Source: a virus (Duplodnaviria > Heunggongvirae > Uroviricota > Caudoviricetes). Taken from it: a DNA stretch of 64,000 nucleotides. Every line of letters begins with the position of its first letter. Position 1 is the first letter of the stretch. Below, piece by piece: positions 29,524 through 39,523 of this stretch. The stretch is taken from positions 9,962 through 73,961 of the IMG/VR virus record IMGVR_UViG_3300021255_003500; one strand, given 5' to 3'. A program made the position numbers and the translations under genes. Below the pieces are notes generated by a model. The model ran no database searches, was not told where the DNA came from, and was given only the letters and a program-made list of their open reading frames with translations.

Positions 29524-29793
29524 TCATTCTCCTTCGTATGAAAGTGGTTTATCCAGCTTAGTCCAGTTGATGTTCGTCATATGCATGACCGTATGCGGAG
29601 CATAACGTTTCATTGCTTTATGCAGCAGCTTCAGGAACCGGCTGCTGACATAGCGGATGTGCTGGAAATCGAAATCCACGGCGCCGTAGGCTTCGCATTT
29701 CATCGAAATGATTCGCGCGTCACGCCAGCGTCTGGCACCCTCCGGCAGCAGCTCTGCCATGCTCAGATACAGCGTTACGTTAGGAAACTTCAT
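29524..29793 (-). CDS. Hypothetical protein.
   Basis: ORF with TGA stop. Confidence 0.4.
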   Translation of the reverse strand: MKFPNVTLYLSMAELLPEGARRWRDARIISMKCEAYGAVDFDFQHIRYVSSRFLKLLHKAMKRYAPHTVMHMTNINWTKLDKPLSYEGE

Positions 29794-30347
29794 GCGTCAT
29801 TCCCCTTCCATTCGTGTGAAGCAAACAGAGCAGCGTCCTCCCAGAGGATGATCTTGTCGTTGTACATCGTACGGCGGAGGTCGATGATACGCTGATTGGA
29901 TGAACCTTTGAACCGGAGGCTGACATCGTGCAGAGACTCGACATACTCTCCGTCCACCAGCACGTCCGAAGCCAGCAGAATGCTGTTGGAGTAGCTGGTT
30001 TTCAAGGGTTCCTGCATCAGTTCTTCGTAGGTGTAGCCAGTCCAGACCCAGACAGTCTTGGAGGGAAGCTTCATGATAAACTTGCACAGGAAACGTGCGA
30101 CGGCTTCTTGGTTCAGCGGATCCAGTGGCTCGCCGCCCAGCACCGACAGCCCATGGATATGGCTTGGACGGCAGGCTTCGATGATCCGGTCCTGCACTTC
30201 CTCGGTAAACGGTTCGCCTGCGTTGAAGTCCCAAGCTTCTGCGTTGAAACAGTTCCTGCAGTGATGCCGGCACCCGGAAACAAAAAGACTGACTCTTGTT
30301 CCGGGACCATTGGCGATGTCGTTGTATTTGATGTTTGCGTAGTTCAT
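29790..30347 (-). CDS. nrdG: Anaerobic ribonucleotide reductase activating protein (radical SAM).
   Basis: CxxxCxxC motif in GCRHHCRNC. Near nrdD. Confidence 0.8.
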   Translation of the reverse strand: MNYANIKYNDIANGPGTRVSLFVSGCRHHCRNCFNAEAWDFNAGEPFTEEVQDRIIEACRPSHIHGLSVLGGEPLDPLNQEAVARFLCKFIMKLPSKTVWVWTGYTYEELMQEPLKTSYSNSILLASDVLVDGEYVESLHDVSLRFKGSSNQRIIDLRRTMYNDKIILWEDAALFASHEWKGNDA

Positions 30348-31123
30348 ACGTCAGCCTCCACAGGTTCCAGTTCCAGGATGTCATGGAACATGAATCGCAT
30401 GATGCCGTCTGTTTTATCGGTGTGCCAGTGGCCACAGTACCAGGTTTTCGGAAGACGGTTGTCGTTCATCAGTTCCTGATACAGGTGATCCATCCAGTTC
30501 TCCATGGTTTTGTCTACCGTGTCCTGATCGACCATGGCCAGGAACATTTCGCTGGGTTCAAAACGCAAAGGACAGGTATGTGACAGGATAATGCTTTCCG
30601 GATTGCACTTTAAAAGCAGCTGCAGGCCGGCGATGTTCCGTTCGCCTTCGCTCAGCTGCTCGTTCGGGAACCAGCGCCAGTTTTTATTTCCCAGGCTCTG
30701 CTGTTCCAGCCGATAGTATTTATCCGCGCTGTAAGCACCGCCGATAACAAAGCAACTTCTGCCTGCGAACTTATACCAGCCGTATTCTGTAGTATACAGA
30801 ATGTTGTTGAACTCCGGATCTTCGATGAAGGTGCCGACAACGGCGCCATCTCCTGCGTTGATGCCAATATGCTTCCACCCATCATTAGGCCGCATGTCGT
30901 GATTGCCACGGACCATGATGAAGTTGATTGGATATTTGCTGAGTTTCTTTTTCGCGTGATAGTCGCTCCATCCGTCATCATAATGAATGCCATGATCTCC
31001 CAGCACGATCATGTAATCGTTCAGCGTTGTCTGAAACTGTTCGCAAAAGGCTTTGATTTTCTGATAGTCATCAGGAGACTGGAAGTTGCAGTGCTTATCT
31101 CCCGTCAGAAACACTCTGGTCAT
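30344..31123 (-). CDS. Calcineurin-like metallophosphoesterase.
   Basis: Motifs LGDHG, GNHD and HTCP are phosphoesterase signatures. Confidence 0.65.
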   Translation of the reverse strand: MTRVFLTGDKHCNFQSPDDYQKIKAFCEQFQTTLNDYMIVLGDHGIHYDDGWSDYHAKKKLSKYPINFIMVRGNHDMRPNDGWKHIGINAGDGAVVGTFIEDPEFNNILYTTEYGWYKFAGRSCFVIGGAYSADKYYRLEQQSLGNKNWRWFPNEQLSEGERNIAGLQLLLKCNPESIILSHTCPLRFEPSEMFLAMVDQDTVDKTMENWMDHLYQELMNDNRLPKTWYCGHWHTDKTDGIMRFMFHDILELEPVEADV

Positions 31124-31249
31124 TGGTATCCCTCCGTAAAAAGAAGCTGTCGGAGAAGGACTCGAACCTTCAATAGCGGAGTCAAAGTCCGCTGTGTTGC
31201 CGTTACACCATCCGACAATGAGGACCGGCTTATCGCCGATCCCGTTTAT

Positions 31250-31519
31250 TTAACTGGTTTTCCGAAGCGCCAGGAGCCTCTGTCTCTGGGCCTCCCGTTG
31301 TTCATCTGTGAGCGTTCGGCGCGTTGGCGGAGAAATTTTGAGATAACTCTTCGGACATTGGACATAAAGACAGCCGTCGTTTTCCTCCGGACGCGCAAGG
31401 ATCTTAACTTCGTCCGGATGCGCCTCAGCGATCTTCAGCAGACGGTTGATCATTCTCCGCTCGTCCGTGGAAACTTCCATATAAGACATGGCGTCTGTGT
31501 AGTCGCAGCAGGTTTCCAT
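31250..31519 (-). CDS. Hypothetical protein.
   Basis: ORF with TAA stop. Confidence 0.4.
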   Translation of the reverse strand: METCCDYTDAMSYMEVSTDERRMINRLLKIAEAHPDEVKILARPEENDGCLYVQCPKSYLKISPPTRRTLTDEQREAQRQRLLALRKTS

Positions 31520-31523
31520 ATGA

Positions 31524-32450
31524 TCACTCCATGTTCAGCTGGATCTCCGGGATGCCGATGCCGTCACCCGTATAGAAGCTTGGCAGCTTGCCATCCCAGC
31601 GGTTGACCAGCATATACTGCAGAATATCCATGGTCAGACTTTCTTCGATGGCTTTGTTGGCCTCGGCTTCTGCCTTCGCCTTCGCCGCGATGGCGTAGGC
31701 TTCGGCGTCTGCCTTGGTTCTGGCAACAGCAGCTTCCGCTTCTGCGGCGATCTTCGTCCGCTCGGCAGCATTCTGGGCTTCCATGGTCATCTGGTTCTGC
31801 AGGGTGGTAGCTCGGAGCAGTTCCTGTGCAGCTACCTGTTTTGCCTCAACGGCGTCTGTATAGCTATCGGTGAAATCGATGTCTTCAATGGCGACGCTGG
31901 TCACCGTGATACCGTAAGAAGTCAGCGCCGCTTCCAGATCCAGCTTGACGCTGGTGGAAAGCGCGTCCCTGTCGGCGATCAACTCTTCCGCAGAGCGCTT
32001 GCTGACAGAACTCTTCAAAGACTCCATGATCTGCGGCATCACCAGCGTATCCGTGTACCGTGTGCCAACATTGCTGTACAGATCCGGCGCAGCTGCCTTG
32101 GCAAGCATGATGTTGACGGAGCCGCTCAGCCGGACCTCCTGGATATCCTTGGAGAAGGCAGCCGTTGAGAACTGTATGCGCTGTTCCCGGTTGTCCATCT
32201 TCACCACGGAAACCCAGGGCGGCGTCAGATGCAGACCTGCATCCATGCTTTCGTTCTGGACGCGCCCAAACATCACAGGAATGCCGACAAAGCCGGTTGG
32301 AATCGTGACGATGAGAGAAGCGATCAGCAGGATGACAGTCAGCGGAATCAGAATGGTCCGGAGGATCCTGCGGTCTCTCTGCCGCTCGATCAGCAGCGGC
32401 AGAGAGAAGAGGAAGATCATCGAAAGCATGGCGATAAGAAACAAAATCAT
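31524..32450 (-). CDS. SPFH/band-7 (HflK/C-like) membrane protein.
   Basis: N-terminal TM helix plus an SPFH domain-like sequence and an Ala/Glu-rich coiled-coil tail. Confidence 0.6.
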   Translation of the reverse strand: MILFLIAMLSMIFLFSLPLLIERQRDRRILRTILIPLTVILLIASLIVTIPTGFVGIPVMFGRVQNESMDAGLHLTPPWVSVVKMDNREQRIQFSTAAFSKDIQEVRLSGSVNIMLAKAAAPDLYSNVGTRYTDTLVMPQIMESLKSSVSKRSAEELIADRDALSTSVKLDLEAALTSYGITVTSVAIEDIDFTDSYTDAVEAKQVAAQELLRATTLQNQMTMEAQNAAERTKIAAEAEAAVARTKADAEAYAIAAKAKAEAEANKAIEESLTMDILQYMLVNRWDGKLPSFYTGDGIGIPEIQLNME

Positions 32451-32461
32451 AGCATTCTCCT

Positions 32462-33175
32462 TTAAATATGACAGTCAACAAAGTTCACATACGGGTTTTC
32501 GCTGGACTGGATCCAGTTGATCCATTCCTGCAGGTACTTCTGTCTGCTCTCCGGCGAGTCGTCTGAGAAAGCAAACCAGCCGACCGTTCCGGGAGAATGC
32601 CAGACCCCGTCAGGCGTAATAAAAGCGTACGGATAGTCCCATACGCAGTCGATCAGATAGTCTCCCAGCACTGGATGATAGTCAATGAAACGCTTGGCAT
32701 CCTCGTATTCTGCGATCTGTTCCAGGCTTTTATCGTCTCCCGGTTCAAAGGAATCGACCAGCGCTTTCTTTTCCTTCCATTCCTTCTCTTTTGTCCGAAG
32801 GTTGACAGCCTGCCGGTATTCGAAATCGTTCTTTTTGGCATGGCCTTCCTCGTCATAATGATGGCCATTCCGAAATTCAAACTGGAAGTCTCCGCCGTTC
32901 AGGGTATAGTAGTCCCATTTGGCGTTTGGATTGTGCATATATCCAAGCTCGCCGGAATCGGGATCGTTGATGTATCCTTCATGGGTCATATATTCTTCGA
33001 AGGTTGGATAGGGCTTGTGCTCATCGTAAAACTTCCGGTTCCAGTCCAGGCTTTCTTCTTCGATCGGTTCAAACTCAAAGTAGTTTTCGTCCGTCTCGCT
33101 GTAAGGCGCCAGCAGTTCTTCAAATGCACTGCTTCTCGGATCGTTGGAAAACACGGCTACACGAAAATGACTCAT
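32462..33175 (-). CDS. Hypothetical protein.
   Basis: ORF with TAA stop. Confidence 0.45.
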   Translation of the reverse strand: MSHFRVAVFSNDPRSSAFEELLAPYSETDENYFEFEPIEEESLDWNRKFYDEHKPYPTFEEYMTHEGYINDPDSGELGYMHNPNAKWDYYTLNGGDFQFEFRNGHHYDEEGHAKKNDFEYRQAVNLRTKEKEWKEKKALVDSFEPGDDKSLEQIAEYEDAKRFIDYHPVLGDYLIDCVWDYPYAFITPDGVWHSPGTVGWFAFSDDSPESRQKYLQEWINWIQSSENPYVNFVDCHI

Positions 33176-33441
33176 GATTTTGCCTCCAGATTTCTGATCT
33201 CTCGATTGATATAGAAAACAGCTTTCTTCAGGTCTTCCACGGCGTCCTTCTTATGCCCGGCACGGGTGATATACTTCACCGCGTTGCCCAGGTTGAAACC
33301 AAAGCCCTTGTCCTCGATATAGTCCAGGCACTCGATCTTCCCATAGGTGTAATGGGAAGGATGGTTCACCGGATCGTCCTGCTGTTCACTCTGGATTTCA
33401 GCGATCCTTTTCAGAATTTCCTGATCATTCATCGTATCCAT
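33172..33441 (-). CDS. DUF3310-like small protein (HPSHYTYGKIECLDY motif).
   Basis: Motif resemblance only. Confidence 0.35.
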   Translation of the reverse strand: MDTMNDQEILKRIAEIQSEQQDDPVNHPSHYTYGKIECLDYIEDKGFGFNLGNAVKYITRAGHKKDAVEDLKKAVFYINREIRNLEAKS

Positions 33442-33443
33442 AC

Positions 33444-33944
33444 TTACACCCCCGTAGAACCGAAGCCGCCAGTGCGTTCGCCGCCAGCGGACAGATCGGC
33501 GATGGCCAGACCGGTACGTACAAAGACGCCCTGCATGAATCGGTCTCCCGCTTCCAGATGAATGGGCTTCATGGTGGTCAGACGCGCGGCGATATGCCCC
33601 TCGTTATCCGCTTTCGCATAGTCAGGATCGATGACGCCTACCGTGTTCGCCAGACCCAACCCATGGCTGAAGCCTTTGCCGGAACGCGGGAACAGGAACA
33701 GTGCCCATTCGGGGTCCATATACACCTTGATCCCGGTATAGATCCAGCGGCTGATTTCCCCGGGCGTTACGTCCACGCTGCGGGGCAGATAGAAGTCATA
33801 GCCTGCCGCGATATTGGTCATGCGGCGTGGCAGGATGATCCGGTCATACTCTTCGCGCAGCGCTTCTTCTGTCATGTTGGCATCAGCGTTAGCGCGGAGA
33901 TATTCTTCAACGCTTACCTTCTGAAAGTTGCCTACGATGTTCAT
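33444..33944 (-). CDS. dut: dUTP diphosphatase (dUTPase/dCTP deaminase family).
   Basis: GVIDPDY motif. ATG 33944 with RBS AAGGAGGAG. Confidence 0.7.
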   Translation of the reverse strand: MNIVGNFQKVSVEEYLRANADANMTEEALREEYDRIILPRRMTNIAAGYDFYLPRSVDVTPGEISRWIYTGIKVYMDPEWALFLFPRSGKGFSHGLGLANTVGVIDPDYAKADNEGHIAARLTTMKPIHLEAGDRFMQGVFVRTGLAIADLSAGGERTGGFGSTGV

Positions 33945-33955
33945 AAGCTCCTCCT

Positions 33956-34156
33956 TTAAATGCGTATCCACATGCCGCACAAGCAATCACCGGTTTCCCG
34001 GTGATACTTGCACGGACACTTGGTGTCGGGGGTTTTCTCCTGCTGCGTCAGGCAGTAGCCGTTGTTGGACTTCAGACGCTTCTTGAGGTTCTTTATGAAG
34101 TCCGGATCAGGGTTCTTGATCACCTGGTATTCCAGCTGCTCACAGCAGTTCTCCAT
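33956..34156 (-). CDS. Small Cys-rich protein.
   Basis: Pattern CC...CPCKYH...CLC. Confidence 0.4.
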   Translation of the reverse strand: MENCCEQLEYQVIKNPDPDFIKNLKKRLKSNNGYCLTQQEKTPDTKCPCKYHRETGDCLCGMWIRI

Positions 34157-34703
34157 ACGTCTCCTTCAGCTCCTTACGAACTTCTTCCATGAACTTCTTG
34201 TCGCGCATGATCCGAGCAGCTTCACGCTGTACCCGCTTCTGATGCGCTTCGGCTTCGAGCGCCCGCTGCGCTCTCGCCGCCTCTTCTTCCCGGAGGATCT
34301 TCAGATCCTTCTGCAGCTGGGCATCGTTGTCGTCCATGATCTTCTTGGCGGCAGAAGTAGAGCCGAAGAGCTTCTTGGCAACCGCCATGACAAAGCCTTC
34401 ATAGCGTTCAAACTTTTCGCCTTCTCCGCAATGAACCACCGTGGAGGTGTCATCATTCCAGAGGATAGTGGTAAAGCCCTTCTCCTCGTTGAAGATCACG
34501 CTCTTAATTCCAGGCAGCAGGTAGGCGGGAAAACGCTTCGTCACATTCTCGCCCAGAAGACTGGACAGGGATGTGAAAGGCTCTTTGGGCTTGACAGCAT
34601 TAGATATAAGATCCTTGTCGGTATGCCAGACCATGTTCTTGATCCAGCTGTCGTCAGTGGATGTCGTAGTCAACCAGTAACTCAAACCAGGGGCTTCAGG
34701 CAT
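34140..34703 (-). CDS. Hypothetical protein.
   Basis: ORF with TGA stop. Confidence 0.45.
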   Translation of the reverse strand: MPEAPGLSYWLTTTSTDDSWIKNMVWHTDKDLISNAVKPKEPFTSLSSLLGENVTKRFPAYLLPGIKSVIFNEEKGFTTILWNDDTSTVVHCGEGEKFERYEGFVMAVAKKLFGSTSAAKKIMDDNDAQLQKDLKILREEEAARAQRALEAEAHQKRVQREAARIMRDKKFMEEVRKELKETYGELL

Positions 34704-34715
34704 AATGGTTCCTCC

Positions 34716-35336
34716 TTACAGAATTTCGCTAAGCGTGTGCACGATCTTGTGCGTAACCTTGTTCTCCAGGCAGTAGTCAGCGTCGATGGTCCAGTCGTTG
34801 TTGCGCTTCTTGTTCATCATGGTCTTCGGGATCTCCGTGCGGTCCATGATGAACTCCTTCATCCGCTTCAGCTCCTTACGGTAGCTTTCGGTGGCGTCCA
34901 TGACCTTGACCGCATCGCCGGCCATCTGCGCGCTGCCCTCGTGAATGATCACTTTGGCCCGGGGAAGCATCCAGCGTTCGTGTCCTGCCAGGAAGATCAG
35001 CGCCGCAGCCGATGCCGCAACACCCATGTTGATGGTGATCACAGGCGTTTCGGAAAGCTGGATGGTATCAACGATGGACCACATGTAATCCAGGTCTCCG
35101 CCATAGGACATGATGTAGACCTTGATCGGCTTCCGTTCGTTCACGGGCTTGCCTTTGTCTTCCATGTTCCAGCGAAGGATCATGCGCTCTAGGACCATGC
35201 TGTCCTGACCGATATCACTTTCCAGATAGATCTTACGATCCTTTTCCAGGATGTAGTAGGAAAGCTCATCCGGAGAGGGCAGCGGAGAGGCAGGGATTTC
35301 GATGGCTTCACAGAGTTCGGTCAGCATTTCGCTCAT
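34716..35336 (-). CDS. clpP: ClpP-family serine protease.
   Basis: Motif GVAASAAALIF...HEGSAQ matches the ClpP active-site region. Confidence 0.65.
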   Translation of the reverse strand: MSEMLTELCEAIEIPASPLPSPDELSYYILEKDRKIYLESDIGQDSMVLERMILRWNMEDKGKPVNERKPIKVYIMSYGGDLDYMWSIVDTIQLSETPVITINMGVAASAAALIFLAGHERWMLPRAKVIIHEGSAQMAGDAVKVMDATESYRKELKRMKEFIMDRTEIPKTMMNKKRNNDWTIDADYCLENKVTHKIVHTLSEIL

Positions 35337-35348
35337 ACAGTTCTCCTT

Positions 35349-36194
35349 TTAGTTTTTATTCAGCAGGTCTGCCAGCTTGGCGGTCTCGCTGCGGACAGAT
35401 TCCTGCAGGTGAACATAGGAAAAGAGGCGATTTCCCTTCAAGCGGTTAATCGCCGCCTCCAGACCGTTATCTTGTCTGAAGGCTTTGGCATCGATCTGAC
35501 GGGTATCTCCTTCCAGGATCAGGATGGAACCGTCTGCCACGCGTCCAAGCAATAGCTGGACGTGTTCCCGGGTCAGATGCTCTGCCTCTGTGCAGATGAT
35601 GATGGAGTTCTTGATATCGCGGCCTCGCAGGAAGCCCAGATGTTCGACCTCCACCATGCCTCGCTGTACGTACATGTCCAGGTACTCCCTGCCGCCGATA
35701 TGATCCGCCAACGGCATGGCCCACACGCTCATCTTGTCGTAGAAGGTACCCTTCAGATAGCCGATGGGGTTGGAGTCCTTCACTTCAATGTTGTTCCGGA
35801 CCCACATAATCTTATCGAAGCGCCCGTTCTGCAGCAGATTGAAGGCGCAGGCACAGGTGAGGAAGGTTTTCCCGGAGCCGAAGGAGCCTGACATGCATTT
35901 GACGGTGGTGGTTTCATCCATCAACAGGTCGATGGCGAACGACTGCGCGGCGTTCTTTGGCTTGACCTTGCCGACGATGGCACTCTCGATAGGTTTGCGC
36001 CAGATCGGCCGGTGTTTTCCGTCCTGCCACTTGTATTTGTCCACCGTGTTGCCGGAGGAATCCACAATAGCCAGGTACTGGTTTTCCAGAAGGTCAAAAT
36101 GATTGGTCCCCAAGTCTGCATAAAAGGCAGGCAAGACCGGATCGTCGTCCTTAACGACCCGGAAACCTGTGTATGCAGAGGTTAAATCAATCAA
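35349..36194 (-). CDS. phoH: PhoH-like ATPase.
   Basis: Walker A GSFGSGKT plus PhoH family resemblance. Confidence 0.75.
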   Translation of the reverse strand: MIDLTSAYTGFRVVKDDDPVLPAFYADLGTNHFDLLENQYLAIVDSSGNTVDKYKWQDGKHRPIWRKPIESAIVGKVKPKNAAQSFAIDLLMDETTTVKCMSGSFGSGKTFLTCACAFNLLQNGRFDKIMWVRNNIEVKDSNPIGYLKGTFYDKMSVWAMPLADHIGGREYLDMYVQRGMVEVEHLGFLRGRDIKNSIIICTEAEHLTREHVQLLLGRVADGSILILEGDTRQIDAKAFRQDNGLEAAINRLKGNRLFSYVHLQESVRSETAKLADLLNKN

Positions 36195-36254
36195 TACGCA
36201 TCCCTCTTTTCGGTTCTCTATTCCATTATAAATCGTGCGGATTGTGGACAGAAA

Positions 36255-36704
36255 TTAGGCAAAAAGCTGCGGATTCCGCCTGGCATACTCGGCGATCAGC
36301 AGCGCCTCCGCCATGCCATCGGAGGGCTTTTTGCAGCGGGGTGTCGGAAGCAGATTCACATCCGGAAACAGCCGTTTGCATACGTCGATGGACTGCTGTT
36401 TGTCCGAATGCAGATCAAACTCCTTCTTCCAGCGCTGCGGCGGTACCAGGATATATGAAATATGGTAAGCGCTCAGCACGCCTTCGATGAAGCCGGCAGA
36501 CTTTCCGAAGTTAAACATGGAAACAACGCCTTGTCCTGGCATCGCGCCAACCTTTTCCACACAGGCGCAGACCTCCTGCCCCTGTATCTAAAGCAGTCTC
36601 TCCACAAACGCACCATTGTCCCACGGAAACACCGCAGGCGGAGCACCACAGAAGAGCGCGGCGAAGCCGCCCTTCGCACCGGGATCAACACCAAGATAGA
36701 TCAT
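36255..36704 (-). CDS. RuvC-like Holliday junction resolvase (phage type). In-frame TAG at 36588-36590.
   Basis: Upstream extension of track ORF 36255..36560 through the TAG gives N-terminus MIYLGVDPGAKGGFAAL, which is the canonical RuvC start with catalytic Asp. The C-terminus has DGMAEALLIA. Confidence 0.65.
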
Positions 36705-36711
36705 CGGCACC

Positions 36712-39300
36712 TCACAGATGCAGAACCCGGTCGCGAATCTCTTCCGTCCGGCCGGCGTTCCAGAAATTGGTTCCTATGTAGCCGCAGGTACGCCGCGCCA
36801 CGTTCAGCTTATGCTGGTCTGCATTGCCGCAGTTCGGGCATTCCCATATCAGCTTGCCGCTGTCATCCGGCACGGTCCTGATCTCCCCATCGTAGCCGCA
36901 GACCTGGCAGTAGTCTGACTTCGTGTTGATCTCCGCATACATGATGTTGTCATAGATGTAGCGGATTACATCCAGCACAGCCTCCAGATTGTCCTGCATG
37001 TTCGGCACTTCCACATAGGAGACGGCTCCGCCCGGGGAAAGCTTCTGGAACTTAGCTTCGATGCGCAGCTTGCTGTAAGCGTCGATGGGCTCACGAACAT
37101 TGATATGGTAAGAATTGGTAATATAATTGTGGTCGGTGACTTCCGGGATGATCCCGAAGCGCTGCTGCAGACACTTGGCAAACTTGTAGGTCACAGACTC
37201 AATGGGTGTACCGTAGACGCTGTAGTCGATATGCTCCGCAGCCTTCCACTTGGCGCAGGCATCGTTCAGCTTCTGCATCACCGACAGACCAAAGGGCATG
37301 CCTTCCTCTTCATCCGTATGGGACTTGCCTGTCATGTACTTGACGCACTCATACAGGCCGGCATAACCCAGGGAGATGGTGCTGTAACCGTTGTACAGCA
37401 ATTCGTCAATGGTATCGCCCTTCTTCAGCCTGGCCAGAGCACCGTACTGCCAGAGGATCGGCGCCACATCGGAGACGGTTCCCTTCAGGTGGTCATGCCG
37501 CAGACGCAGCGCACGATGGCACAGCTCCAGACGATCCTCCAGGATCTCCCAGAACTTCTCCATATCCCCGCCGCTGGACAGAGCCACGTCCACCAGGTTC
37601 AGAGTGACGACACCCTGGTTGAAGCGCCCATAATACCGGTGCTTGCCGGGGACATAGTTCTTGGCGTTGGAGATATTGCCGATGCCGCGATCTGTGAAGG
37701 TATCCGGCGTCAGGAAGGAACGGCAGCCCATGCAGGGATAGGTATCGCCCTGCTTGTATTCCCGCATCTTCTTCCGGGAGATATAGTCCGGTACCATCCG
37801 CCTGGCGCTGCACTTCGCGGCCAGCTTGGTCAGATACCAGAACTCGGTATTGGGCGCCGTGTTGTTCTCATCCAAGGCATAGATTAGCTTCGGGAAAGCC
37901 GGTGTGATCCAGACACCCTGTTCATTCTTCACGCCTTCGAAGCGTTGACGCAGCACCTCTTCGATGATTTTTGCCAGATCCTGACGGGTCTGACCGGGCT
38001 CCACCTCGTTGATGTCCATATAGACCGTGATAAAAGGCGCCTGACCATTGGTGGTCATCAGGGTTACCACCTGATACTGGATGGTCTGCACACCACGGCG
38101 GATATCCTCTTCCACCAGCTTCTCGATGAAGGCGCGGTAGGCAGCTTCGCCCAGATGCTCCACCAGATGCGCATGCTCTGCCAGCAGCTTGACCCGGGTC
38201 TCCTGCACAAAGGGAGCCAGGTGCGCCAGAGTAATGGTCTGTCCGCCATACTGGCAGGAGGCAACCTGAGCGATGATCTGCGTGGCGATGTTACAGGCTG
38301 TGGAGAAGCTGTGTGGCTTCTCGATCAGGGTGCCGCTGATGACGGTGCCGTTCTGCAGCATGTCCTCCAGGTTCACCAGATCACAGTTGCCGGTGACCAT
38401 GTCATCCGCCAGGGTGAAGGAGTGTGTCACGGGTTCCACCACGCACCAGGCCTTGCGTGTCTTCTTATGATCGGGCTCGATCTTCACCACGCGCCAGGGC
38501 GCGCACCAGCCCAGGACATTGCCCACCCGCAGATCCGTGGTTTCGCTGCCGTCCTCCAGCAGCCAGCGGTGATCTGGGGTACAGATGACAACCTTCTCCG
38601 TATCGATCAGGCGGAAGGTCACCTTCTGCATCCGCTGCATGCCGAAGCAGCGAACCACCGCAACCTTGCGTTCCCCATTCTTGTCGAAGACATCTACCAG
38701 ATCCAGGTCTTTGAACTCGTCAAAGCGCTTGTCTCCCTCGGCAGTCTTGAACAGGGTGTCGCCGGAGAAACAGTTGTGGGACGGCTGGATGAAGTAATCC
38801 GCGTCATGGAAATGGATCACGCCTTCGTCATGCGCCTTCAGCACATCGTCCGGCAGCAGCTTGCGGCGGGTCAGATCCTTGGAAACCTCGCCGGCAATAT
38901 AGTCACGCTGCGTGGGAATGATCTCCGGGTTCTTATTGGAGTTCTCCTGCTTCACGTTCTCGTTCTGATAGCTGACCAGGGCCATCACCGCATCATCGAT
39001 GGTATTGCTCTGGCGCTTCAGCGCGTGCTGGTAGCGGTACTTGATGTAACGCCGGGCCAGATCCGCCTTGCCAAGCTCGATCAGCGCGTCCTCCACCATG
39101 TCCTGGATCTCTTCCACGGGGATCGCACGATTCATTTGCTCGCATTTACCCACGATCAGGTTGACGACGAATTCCAGAGAGTTCGGCTGCAGTTTGCCTG
39201 AAACCTCCGGCACCTCATCGTTGGCACGCTTGATCGCATTGCGGATCCGTGAAGCGTCGAACACCACCTCACGGCCATCCCGTTTGATGACTCGTTGCAT
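36712..39300 (-). CDS. nrdD: Anaerobic ribonucleoside-triphosphate reductase (class III) containing a mini-intein.
   Basis: ATP-cone N-terminus VIKRDGREVVFDASRIRNAI. C-terminal Zn ribbon plus glycyl-radical motif RRTCGYIGT. Internal Hint-like insert. Confidence 0.85.
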   Translation of the reverse strand: MQRVIKRDGREVVFDASRIRNAIKRANDEVPEVSGKLQPNSLEFVVNLIVGKCEQMNRAIPVEEIQDMVEDALIELGKADLARRYIKYRYQHALKRQSNTIDDAVMALVSYQNENVKQENSNKNPEIIPTQRDYIAGEVSKDLTRRKLLPDDVLKAHDEGVIHFHDADYFIQPSHNCFSGDTLFKTAEGDKRFDEFKDLDLVDVFDKNGERKVAVVRCFGMQRMQKVTFRLIDTEKVVICTPDHRWLLEDGSETTDLRVGNVLGWCAPWRVVKIEPDHKKTRKAWCVVEPVTHSFTLADDMVTGNCDLVNLEDMLQNGTVISGTLIEKPHSFSTACNIATQIIAQVASCQYGGQTITLAHLAPFVQETRVKLLAEHAHLVEHLGEAAYRAFIEKLVEEDIRRGVQTIQYQVVTLMTTNGQAPFITVYMDINEVEPGQTRQDLAKIIEEVLRQRFEGVKNEQGVWITPAFPKLIYALDENNTAPNTEFWYLTKLAAKCSARRMVPDYISRKKMREYKQGDTYPCMGCRSFLTPDTFTDRGIGNISNAKNYVPGKHRYYGRFNQGVVTLNLVDVALSSGGDMEKFWEILEDRLELCHRALRLRHDHLKGTVSDVAPILWQYGALARLKKGDTIDELLYNGYSTISLGYAGLYECVKYMTGKSHTDEEEGMPFGLSVMQKLNDACAKWKAAEHIDYSVYGTPIESVTYKFAKCLQQRFGIIPEVTDHNYITNSYHINVREPIDAYSKLRIEAKFQKLSPGGAVSYVEVPNMQDNLEAVLDVIRYIYDNIMYAEINTKSDYCQVCGYDGEIRTVPDDSGKLIWECPNCGNADQHKLNVARRTCGYIGTNFWNAGRTEEIRDRVLHL
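38386..38772 (-). mobile_element. Putative mini-intein (about 129 aa) in NrdD. It begins CFSGDTLF and ends ...MVTGN, followed by +1 Cys.
   Basis: Hint block A (CFSGDTLF) and block B-like TPDHRWL. The flanking extein reads ...FIQPSHN | CDLVNLEDM. The terminal residue is Asn but the penultimate is Gly rather than His. Confidence 0.45.
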
Positions 39301-39323
39301 TTGGGATCATCCTTTCTTAGAAG

Positions 39324-39483
39324 ATATATATCGGAAAAACCCCCTCGGAACAACGGCCCAGATACGTCAGGTCCAGGTTCTCCATATCCGTCACGGTTAC
39401 AGAGAGCTTACCCCGCGCATCAATCTCGTCATCGGCGATGACAACACCGTGTTCCCAGCTGGTTTCCCATGCATAAATATACA
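39324..39483 (-). CDS. Hypothetical small protein (about 53 aa).
   Basis: ATG with GGAGGT upstream. Under 60 aa. Confidence 0.25.
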
Positions 39484-39523
39484 TAATATGCATTTACCTC
39501 CGTATAATATACAGTCTTTCTTT

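Noticed and set aside
34716-35336. ClpP-like protease as a prohead protease.
   Set aside because: It sits in the DNA-metabolism module on the opposite strand, far from the head genes, which are outside this window. The role is unclear and it is annotated only as a ClpP-family protease.
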